In this document: positions 13,266-23,441 of the stretch, one piece after another
How the letters are laid out: each line of letters opens with the position of its first letter
How positions within the stretch are numbered: position 1 is the first letter of the stretch
NCBI GenBank assembly: GCA_032718475.1
Contig: JAUCBJ010001204.1
Span: 40,618 to 104,617, forward strand
Length of the DNA stretch: 64,000 nt
Source: Nemertoderma westbladi
Taxonomy: Eukaryota; Animalia; Xenacoelomorpha
Direction: 5' to 3'
Made by a program: the position numbers and the translations under genes
The notes under the pieces: generated by a model
Told to the model about the DNA's origin: nothing
The model's input: only the letters and a program-made list of their open reading frames with translations
The model's database searches: none

Positions 13266-13720
13266 TGTGACGGAATCCGCTGGAGTTGACCGTGGTGGAT
13301 TCCGACTGGTGTGTGGATTGTACGCGTCGTCGCGTCCGTGGGCTGCTGGGCTAACGCTGGATATATATATATATTAGGCCGAAGGCCGTTGAAAACAACA
13401 GAGTTAAAATGTCAGTATTAATAATCACAGTAATTGATAATAGCACAGTCTGAATATAATAATATGCAATACAACGGTCAGTAACAACGACGGTCAAAAC
13501 TATTCCGGTCTCACAACTGTAAGGAAATCAACTAAACTAATAATCAGTAATCACAACGGTTATATCATTGACACATATTACATTAGCCATACACTACAGG
13601 GCGGCCTTAATATCCAATAGATCAGCTCTTGTCCTCCCCAATGTACTTTCCTGCCGACTATTGGCTTAACCTGATTAACCTGCTTAACCTGTTAGCGTTG
13701 TCCCTTGTTGCTAGCCTTGC
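13266..13720 (-). repeat. 3' LTR (shared portion) of the outer element
   Basis: High identity to 36043-~36500; diverges after ~13680-13720. U3 boundary unresolved. Confidence 0.75.
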
Positions 13721-14055
13721 TAGCTTGTTTGTCCCTCTGAGGTGGTTTGACCTCTCACCTTTCTCTGTGGCTTACGGCGTATGTCCCCCCCCCCCCCAGT
13801 TGGTTATGAAGTGAGATTATTGTTGGTGATCTCACCTCACCAACTATATTGGTAAAATGCCACTAACTTAGGAGTTTGTACTGTTGCGTTCATCTGGTGC
13901 CTTCCAGGCACACTTACACCCCTGTTCCTGTGTCCTAGTTTGCTCCTCCCGTCTTCGGGAACCATCTGAGTTCCTTGCCCCTATCATCATCTTGCCTAGG
14001 CCGTTTCCTTCCTTCCTGTTTATCCTTGAGGCTACTCATCCCTTGCCGATACCGT

Positions 14056-14661
14056 CTAACCAAGCCCCGTTGTTGGTTCTTTGGGTGCAGGTGTTATCAA
14101 CTCCCAGTATCGCTTCACAGGTGGTCCCACTGAATGTCCCTCCTGTCTCCCTCTGGTAGTATCCCACAAGATCATCTTCATCGCCCACGACCCGGAACTT
14201 CTCCTCATCGTCCATCTCCTCATCGTCGGCGCTGCCAAGTGCAGCAATATAGTTCTAGCCAATCCTCCCAACCCCCTTCTCGAGCCCTCGTCATCCTCCA
14301 CAGTCCCTTCATCGTTTAGGACCATGTATCCGCCCCTCTCCACGGAATCTACAAATCTCCTCCACTCCTTCCTCGGTGGTTCCCTTGGATACTTTGGTAT
14401 CCCGAACTTCGCCTCGTCTCCCTTCACAATGTAGCGAAGATGCTCGTGGATAGCGTTGTCCAATGATGGCGTCCCGTAGGTCCCGACCAGTCGTCGCTCA
14501 TGCATCTCCCTAAACTGGTCCTGTAGCGCGTGCGCTCTGTGACCCTTTGGTAGTAGTTTGTAGTATCACTTCGTCTTCTCCGGATGCCTCTGCGTGAAGT
14601 CCACTAGCAACTCTTTTCCAGTCTTCTCCGACTTTCTCTTCTTTACTAATTTCTCCGCCAT
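14056..14661 (-). pseudogene. Truncated cargo ORF of the outer element, homologous to the exonuclease-like ORF of the inner element
   Basis: ATG at 14661 (MAEKLVKKRK) is in frame with ORF 14056-14505 across one TGA. KEWRRFVDSVERGGYMVLNDEGTV aligns without gaps to inner KEWNETLNVIEMYGVVTYDNEGSV. Confidence 0.6.
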
Positions 14662-15149
14662 CACCAATCTTCACGCTCTCACCCAACTGTTGGGGCCCTA
14701 CAAAGGCTCAGTTTAAGCCAGAGGGTTGTCAAACAGAATGTTAATTGTCCCAATCAGTGATAGCCTACCTCCTATATTACGTTTTTGGTATATTTTATAC
14801 AAATATACCCCCTAAGTGTCAATTTACCCTAAATTTGTAATTTTTGTCCGTTGCTTTTATTAATGATTCTAGAATTCCCTCCCTCCAGTTGCCATAATTT
14901 GTTAATCTTCTAATTTTGTTATTATTTATATTCCCCCTTTATGTGTGCTATTATTAACTGTCATTGGATCACTTACTTAAGTAACCCTTCTACTTGTATA
15001 CAGAGAAGACTAGCTACAGTTTTCTCATTACTGTGCTAGCTTCCTACCAGACAGTTTTCTGGCTCTGCAACAATATCCTACATCTGTACTACGGGCTTAG
15101 CGGTACAGTAGTCTATTTCGTGCGGCCTACACAGTCTATCCTACTGTGC

Positions 15150-15370
15150 CCACATGCCCCCCTTTTCCCTCACGTGGCTCCCTTAGTGCCCACAGGTTTA
15201 CGGTACTGTGTACCCTTCTACTACGGTATGCGTACATACCCCCCAATTCCTCATGTGGTGCCCTCAGTGCCCACAAGTTTTACGGTACTGTGTACCCTTC
15301 CACTACGGTATGTGTACATACCCCCCCAATTCCTGATGTTGCGCCTTCAGTGCTCACAAGTTTACGTATG
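15150..15370. repeat. ~80-bp tandem repeat (about 3 copies) in the outer element intergenic spacer
   Basis: CCC..CTCA(C/T)GTGG..CAGTGCCCACA..TTTACGGTACTGTGTACCCTTC is repeated. Confidence 0.75.
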
Positions 15371-15613
15371 TAAATTAGGTACGTTGGTACATTATTTCTA
15401 CCCATCCGACCTACATAATTGTATGGTAAAATACTGATAATAAAACTACCTACATTTGTATATTATGTACGTACATACATAATATCTACTATCTACCTAC
15501 AGCGTACCTTGGTACTAACTACTTATTTTATTATTTTGCTTATTTTTGTTTTATTTTGTGGGAAGGGTGTATCGCCCTCATTCCCACCCCCTCAGTCCAA
15601 CTTATTGGACGAC

Positions 15614-18600
15614 TTAACAACCTAAGGGCGATTCTTTCAGCAGGCAACTCTCCCACTGCCCCCCTGTAGGTTCTCTTAATCTTCGTCCCACTCTCCTTGT
15701 CAATTCCAACTCTCTTGGAATATACCTTCCCTTCTCCTCCACCCTAAAATTGGGTCTTTCCGTCACCTCACTGATCTCCTCGTGGTCCCCTGGCAGCAAA
15801 ATGCCACCCTTCATCTTGTCGTCATTTGGCAGTAGAATGCTGCCCTTTATGTCATCCTCACTGGTACATGCCACCTCTGCTGGCCTCCCCCTCAATATGT
15901 GCGCCGGCGTTAAAGCCCCCAATGACCCCCGGTCATCCTTCGGTACGCATAATGGCATAATGGCCCCGTGTACAACACGTCTCCTCTAACTTTCCTGCCT
16001 CCTTTGTCACGCTTCGTTATCGGCTTCTCTGCCTTTGGTTTAATCTTCCCACATCCTCTCCCTTTCCACCTTGTCTTCTTATTATACCTCCTCCCCATCG
16101 GTATGCTTCTCAACTGGACCGGCGTCTGTTCTGGACATCTATCCGGATATCTCGCCGTCCACTCTTCTCCATCCTCATACCGATACTCGCCAGGAACATC
16201 TATGTTCCATCCCATCGCCTCTAGGTCCTCTGCGTCAAACCCATTCTCCTCCGCCCACTCCCTTGGTGTTACTTGTCGTCCTGTCACCTCTTCCAACGGT
16301 ACTTCTCTGGATTCGCTCTCCACCCTTTTCATTATACGTGGATCCAGATCCATACCCATCCCCGACTCCTGGTGTCCTTCCTCGGGCTGCTTCCCATATG
16401 GGACCTCCCCATCGCCCGTCTTTGACTTCTGCTCAGGCCGCTTCCCATATGGGACCTCCCCATCGCTCGTCTTTAGTTTCTCCTCAATGTCCTCAACAGT
16501 ACCGGACAGCATGCATCCTGATATTTCGGATACACCAAACGGTGTCCTCGTCTTAATTGGGCCAGTGAGCGTCCATCCAAATGGCGTGAGAATGGCCATC
16601 GGGTCTCGCTCCCTGTCATCGCCAAAAATGATCTGTAGTCTCTCATGGGCTGTCAGACAGTCCATGCCGACTATGAGAGATACTTTCGAGACATCCAGTT
16701 CGGGCACAGAGAAGTCGATATTATCCAGGTACCCGTATTGCTCGACCTCGATCTTTGTGGGTCGCCTGGCGTTAATATTGATCGATTCTATTATCTGAAT
16801 GGGTTCGATCGCACCCTGGTGTTATCGCTGTTATCTCACAGCGTCCCTTTCTCATTCTCATGACCTCGTCCTTACTGGAAATAGTGGTTACCGCCATTTT
16901 ACTTGGCCTCGTCCGTAACCCTATCCTTTTGGCCACCCAACTCTCCGTTAGCGTGAATGCTGCTCCACTATCGACCAACATCAGTGTCATAACCGGCTCT
17001 ACTCCCAGCTCCTTGTGGACTACAAGTCCCCTGCATGGCCGCATGCTGTAGCGACTGTCTCACTTTCGGAAATGCATCCACTGAACTATGTTCTGGTTTA
17101 GGTCGGCTGCATTCCGCTTTCGGTACCTTCCCCAAACTGTCCTCACTGTAGACTGGGTCTGTGATTAATTCTGCCTCGTAGTTAAGGAAGTTCGACATCT
17201 CCTCCAGCCCTGGCTCCGCACCTTTCCTTTCTCGGGTGGAGAAAGCGATCTTTCTCCACTTATTTCTCAGCCAGATCGGTAGTGCCTGCGCTATTGTAGT
17301 GATATTGTTTGATGCATTGAGTTCGTAAGGTGCATCCAGAGTTTTTAATATTATCAGGCCTTTTCTACTTTATTAGCGAAGGTCTTGATGCTGACGGGAT
17401 TGTCTGTGAGTCTGCCTGATGTTATTCCCCTTAAGGTTTGTCGGATAATCTTCGCAGGATGGCCGAATTCCCTGTCCAGGGCTCGCCATGCAGTCGTGAA
17501 TCCTCCTTCAATACCTTGGTATTGTCTCACGATGTCGTATGCTGGCCCCCTGTATAGACTTGTAGATATTTAAGGCACTCCGCCTGCATGAGGTTTTTTG
17601 TTAGGATTTCGTTGCTGTACATACGCCGGAATTGCAGATATTCCTCCGGCTTGCTACCATCAAACTTGAAGGGCTCCACTGGCGGCAGCTCGATTCTAGT
17701 TTTTAGTGCGTCGATGAGTGTTGCCATTCCCATCGATTGTACTTCCAGGGCGCTCGATGGCAGGATATATCATTGGGGGTAGCGGTCCCCTCCATATCTC
17801 TGTGTCGCACGATTTGTTTGGATCTGAGGGGGTCGGGGTTCTTGTTTTTGGTTGTGTATAATGCGGATACTGTAATGGGGGAATGTCACCCTGCCCCCCC
17901 CCCCCCCCCACCGATGTTATGTTTGGTACTGGGGTTGATGTTATTATATTGGGGCCCATACACCTATCTGCAATACCCCTCCCCTCCCCTGGGTATATAT
18001 TGTATCCCTCTGCATGTTATAGTCATACTGGTGTGCAGGTACTGGTATAGGCCTATCGGCTCCTTGCCTATTAACCGGTATGTATGCTGCGACCTCCGGG
18101 TCCAATCCCATCATTCACGCTACCCTATCGCCTACACTATCTCTCCCAGCATGGCCTATTGTATGTGCAGTAAGGCCTACAGTATGTCCTGCAGTCTGCC
18201 TGTGTCCTTCTGGATCGAAGTTTAATCTTCTCGAGTATTCTGAGAACTCCTCCCCGCGACTACCATATTCTCGGTCGGCAGCTACGTTCTGACGGGAAGT
18301 TCCTCTCCGATCCCCTCTCCTGTCTTCTTCCTCGTACCGGTACACTCTGTACCCCTCTCCCGGCGTGTGGTATATTTCACCAGGTTGTGTTTCTCCGGGG
18401 CTACAGCAATCTCCCGGAGTATGACCCCACCGGCTCTCCTTCTCGACTTCGACTATCGGCGGTTCACTGTCCGTCCTTCCCCTCTGGTTGCCCATAGCAA
18501 CGCTTCCTCTTCCCTCTTCGATTCTTTTGACTTCAGTGTGATATCCTCCCTCATGAGATCTCATTTCGACCTCCCGGAAGAACTCCGCTGTTCTTCTCCC

Positions 18601-20079
18601 ATCTTCCGAGTGGGCACAACGTTTCCTCGTTTGGCCGCTTACGGCGGCACCAATGTCCCTCCCTCTGCCCGGTTGGACGGCCCCGCGGATATTCGCAGTC
18701 CTCCTACTATCCTCTGTTGCCGGGTGCCATGGTTCACTTAACTCACCATATGCATTATCTGCCGACGCTCGTGGGACATTCTCTGCCCCCCCCCCCCCCC
18801 CCCCTCTCATCCACCGTCGGGTGCCATAGTTCACTTAACTCACCGTGCGCATTATCCGCCGACCCTCGTGGGACATTCTCTGCCCCCCCCCCCCTCTCGT
18901 CATTAATTGGTTGTGGCGGGGTGCCCGTAGCCCCCAGCCCCCCCCCCCCCCCACCCGTCACCTCTTATTTCGCCCCATGTTCCGTTCCAGTCGACACGTT
19001 AGTTCTACCCTCACTGGGTTCATTCACCCCCGCTCCTCCCTGCGCAACTGCGTGGCCTTGTTTTCTCTCACTAGGCAAATTGCCTGTTCCCCCTACGTTT
19101 ATATTAATTGCACCGCTAATAGTCTCGCCCTGTTGGTTTGCTACGTTATTAATTATATTATTTTGATTAATTCCACCGGGGTTATTTATTATATTGTTAT
19201 TTGAATTATTATTTAAATTATTTAAATTATTTTGATCTACATTATTTATATTATTCAAATTATTTTGTTCACCATTATTTACATTATTACTTAAATTATT
19301 TTGTGCACCAATGTTAGAATTATTACCGGGCAAAATATTATCTCCTGCAAGAAAAGGTGCCATTTTTGCCAGTTCTAATCGGTGCTTCTGTTTCGCCTGG
19401 TATTGCATTAACCCCCTCAACCGGGTATGCATATCATCCTGCAATCGTTTGCCCGCCCTCTCTCTTTCTCTATCTTCTCTAACTCATTTGACAGTTGACT
19501 AATTCTGTCTCCCTCGCCTTCCACTCTCTACATTCGTCCACCTCCCTCGCCTCCCGCTCTTTCCGCTCATTTTCCACTACCTCCTCCCGCTCTTTGCGCT
19601 CGTTTTCCACTCTCTCATCACGTTCTTTGCGCTCATTTATCTCTCTTTCCTCCCGCCCCCTATAGTTTATCGCCACCCTCTCGGCCCTCTCTTTACACTC
19701 TCTCGCTAATTCCCTCTCCCTCTCTAGTCCCTCGTCCAATTGTCTCTCTAGTTCCTTTTGATCCAGCGCTACAATATCTAATTGACACGCCAGATCTATC
19801 TCTAACACCCTTCTTGCTTTCGCAGAGGATGTAGCGGACTTTCGGTTGAGACGGAGCTGTCTGTCCTACTAATTTTCCCGCGTTTGCTGCGATTCCTACT
19901 AACCAATGACACTGAATCTTCGGGGTTACCTCGGATTCGGTGTTGTGCGGATCCGCCCATCCCACTAACTTAATCCCCCTCGCATCTACCAGATAAGGCC
20001 CTAGGTAAACAATGCTGGCCTCCGCCACCTCGGATCGCTACAATTCAAACAGTTCAGTGGTGACCCCCGTTGCCCTCTC
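15614..20079 (-). pseudogene. gag: Outer element gag-protease, 3' part; frameshifted, RT/RNase H absent
   Basis: Fragment chain 19693-20028, 19479-19808 (coiled coil), 18965-19444 (Asn-rich), 18115-18834, 17527-17733 (BEL gag motif), 16968-17198 (LITDPVYS), 16772-17044 (DSG protease), 15910-16707, 15614-15958 (IN-tail remnant). Confidence 0.8.
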
Positions 20080-21245
20080 TGTAAAAGCTTTTGCGGAATT
20101 GGCTGGTTATTTTCCCCGCAAAGTACTCTGTAGTTGGTTTGACGGGCATAAAAGGCCGTTTCATTACTGTACTGGTGTTTTAGTGGACATAAAAAGCCAT
20201 TTCTTCTGTATGTGTACTTTAGCGGACATAACTAGCAATTTTATGTCGCAATACGCTAAAATCCTCTTGACACAGTGTAGTTACTATGACGACGGCTAAC
20301 AGCTGATCTGTACACGTGTAGCTTTTCCTTTGTCTCTTTGTTTGGACAACCAATCAGAGCGATTCTCCTGTTATTTGTACAGAAACCTCACTGTTTATGT
20401 TTACCTTTTTTGCCTGATGCCAGAAGACCGGCTTTGGAACCTCTGTGTTTTTCAGGCTTCAGTCCTACATTAGTAGGCTTGATCATCGAAACGTATATCT
20501 GTTATCAAACCACAAACAAACTCAACAAACTAATCAATGCAAATCATATTGTCAACTACAAACACCGCATTTTTACTGCTATTTACTGTCGGTTATTAAT
20601 TATATCAGTTGATGGAATATTATTATATTTGGATAATATCGGTGAATAATCATAAAACCCCCAATCTTCTTGATATACTGAAGGTAAGAGAGACCGGTTA
20701 CATATAACAATTGCGACTTACTTTAAAGTGGTTTTGGAGTGAATTTAATGCTATTTCATAGGCACTACATGAGTCGGTTGTTGTTCTCTTCATATGTGAC
20801 TAAAATCAGTGAAGGTAGGCAGATCGGTGTGCAGCATTGTGCGGTAGTGTGCATGATTGTGACTGATAACGAAGCATCTCCTAAAGAATGCGATTTATAC
20901 GTGAATCTATAGCCATCCCGTTGTGTCTAGTGTAAGTCATAACTCTGTTTACATATTTAGAGCGCCACGTCCTAAAGGAACTGTTAATATTTCCCAAAAG
21001 TGAATAATATTGGTCAGAAATTATATCTTAACGATCAGTTGAATAATACAGTAGGCCTACGCCGCAATAAGGTCAAGCCCCCGAATCCAGTCTCCCGGGT
21101 ATATCCAGCGGGTGAATGGTCGCGCATAGACTGGCTTCGGCTAATGTTGTGAATCAAATATTTGTCATAGGCTAAAGTCGATTTATAATCTAGAAGACAT
21201 ATAAATTTGGCAGGTTAAACTGCTAAAGGTCTGAAAGCGCGAACA
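20080..21245 (+). repeat. 5' LTR of inner element (1166 bp)
   Basis: TG...CA ends. Matches 34285-35471 except for roughly 15 substitutions counted by eye and one 21-bp indel. Confidence 0.96.
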
Positions 21246-21257
21246 ATAACAGATATA
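21246..21257 (+). promoter_or_regulatory. Putative self-priming primer-binding site (ATAACAGATATA)
   Basis: Immediately follows the LTR-terminal CA. Exact reverse complement of LTR 20494-20505 (TATATCTGTTAT). No TGG-starting tRNA PBS is present. Confidence 0.6.
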
Positions 21258-21525
21258 GCTTCTTTATTGCACGTAGGCAATAAAAGGGCAAAAGTACCGG
21301 TCGACCGGTAACTAGTAGGCCTAACTACCTAACCACCCGAACCGGTACTTACAGCAGTACAGGTACTAGTATTATTTCGATTGTGATATTGTATACCGGT
21401 AGGCTGTTTAAGAGATTAGGGACTGTACACCCCTTGTTTCTTTTGGAGCTTACTTATTTCTGTCAGTTTTATTTACTTGTAGGTTAATATTGAGCAGAAG
21501 ACGTGTAAGCCTGCCCAGAATATAC

Positions 21526-22105
21526 AGATAATTTGTAGGCTGGACTGTTCTCTGACTGTTGTTAAGTCTGAGGAGATTGTAGTGTGTGTAGAGCGTATGT
21601 CCGAAAACGTACTAGTTAGGAACGTAGGGGCTTCCAGTGCTGTGAGGTAAATTCCCTCGAAAGAATAAGTCGTACTACTCGGTTAGAACGCATACTAACT
21701 AACCATTTCGGAGTCTGCATATACTGTAGTTTGTTTAGGCTTGATAGTGGTCTGCCAGCGTTTGGTCTGTACTTTGTTTGTGTAGTCTGTACGGGTAGCG
21801 TAATATTTCTTATTTAGATAATTTGTAGGCTGGATTGTTGCCTAGCTGTTGTTAGGTTTGAAGAGATTGCGGTGTATGTACAGTGTATGTCCGATAAAGT
21901 ACTAGTTAGGAACGTAGGGGCTTCCAGTGTTGTGAGGTCAATCCCCTTGAAAGAATAAGTCATACTACTCAGTTAGAACGCATACTAACTAACCATTTCG
22001 GAGTCTGCAAATACCGTAGTTTGTTTAGGCTTGATAGTAGTCTGTCAGCATTTGGTCTGCATTTTGTTTGAGTAGTCTGTGCGCGTAGCGTAATATTTAT
22101 TATTC
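21526..22105 (+). repeat. 290-bp tandem duplication in the 5' leader of the inner element
   Basis: AGATAATTTGTAGGCTGG starts at 21526 and 21816; the two copies are colinear with scattered substitutions. Confidence 0.9.
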
Positions 22106-23441
22106 AGAGTTTATGCGATTATTCGCAACATTCATATCCCCAAGTTTATTCCTACAGTAATTGTGCTTGTTATATATACCGTTATAGTTAAATTAACCCC
22201 GGTACTACATCAGGGCTGCTTGGCGTAGGTAAAGACTGGTGATTTTGTGCCCCGGTCACTCCAGCAGATGCCGTGGTTCTTTTAGCTGTACAAGTATTTC
22301 TAACTGCTGATTATTTGTTGTATAAGTACTTGTACCTAATTTAGGGTTTAGTGTACAATACTTTCCGAAGGTAATTAGTGTGTAGGCAGTATATTTGTGT
22401 TGTAAAGTGGTTAATAGGCACGTTGGTTCTGGTAGACCGCGGTAATTAACTTCTAGGTAGGAACACTCCGTGATACATAACGTAGTACTTATAGCGATAC
22501 GGCTATAAGTCGTCAGACGGTGGTATTTTTCCTATCTGGACAACACAGTATATTTACTACTGCTTTGTTATTTTCAAATACCGTAGTACCCTGTCTGTTG
22601 CAATAACCAGATATTCTAACCCTTTGTTAGGCTGGTTTGTAGACTTCTTGTAAAATTACCCTAAAAATTCGTACGTGTAATTTTTGTGTTTATTTAGAGA
22701 TTGTAATCTCACCCCGAATTGTACGTAATTTGTAGTATTAAGTAACTTAGGTAAATTATAATTATTTGTTTTAGTGTCCAACAAGTAGCACTTCACTGAG
22801 AGCGTACAGCTTCTGTGCAGTGACTCCTTCCTAGAAATAATAACATTTATTTCAAATATTGACAAAACCCATTATACGGGTATATATATATTATAAATCA
22901 ACTCAAACCGATTTATAAAATAGTAGGCCTGTCTTACAACAATTAGGTCTTAATGTCAGTTGGACTACTGCTTAAATAACGGTAATCAAGTAAAGTAAAG
23001 TAACCAAGTAACCCCTAAAATTCAGAAATTCAATTATTCTAAAAATAATTGACATACCGGTATTTACAATAGGCTCATTGTATTTATTTCTATAAATTTA
23101 GGCCGAAATTATACCGGTATTCTGTAATTAATTCTAGTCCATAATTATACTTATATATACTATAAGTGTAAGCTGTATACTGGTATTCACGATAGGCCTA
23201 TTATATATTTATATATATAGTTGTGCTAAAATTATATACCGGTATTCTGTGACAAACCTAGTCTGTAATAATACTTATATATATACTATAAGTGTATACC
23301 GGTATTCTAATATATTGTATATATATCACGTTACATAGAGTAACGATATCGGCAATTAATTACTAGGCTAACAGTGATACTGAATTACTAGATTTGCTTT
23401 AACTGTAACATAGCAGTAGGCATTCAACTGTGCAAACAAAC

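Noticed and set aside
12867-13377. ORFs with GTPRYGYSALRVLRVT repeats (also 36404-36972)
   Set aside because: Translations of a stop-free 16-bp minisatellite that is open in all three frames.
17895-18952. Programmed frameshifts at poly-C tracts in the outer gag
   Set aside because: Long homopolymers are prone to slippage and sequencing error, and the element has other disabling lesions.
20012-20649. Duplicated small ORFs (20012-20299, 20338-20649; 34304-34875)
   Set aside because: They lie inside the LTRs, so the duplication reflects LTR identity. No recognisable protein features.
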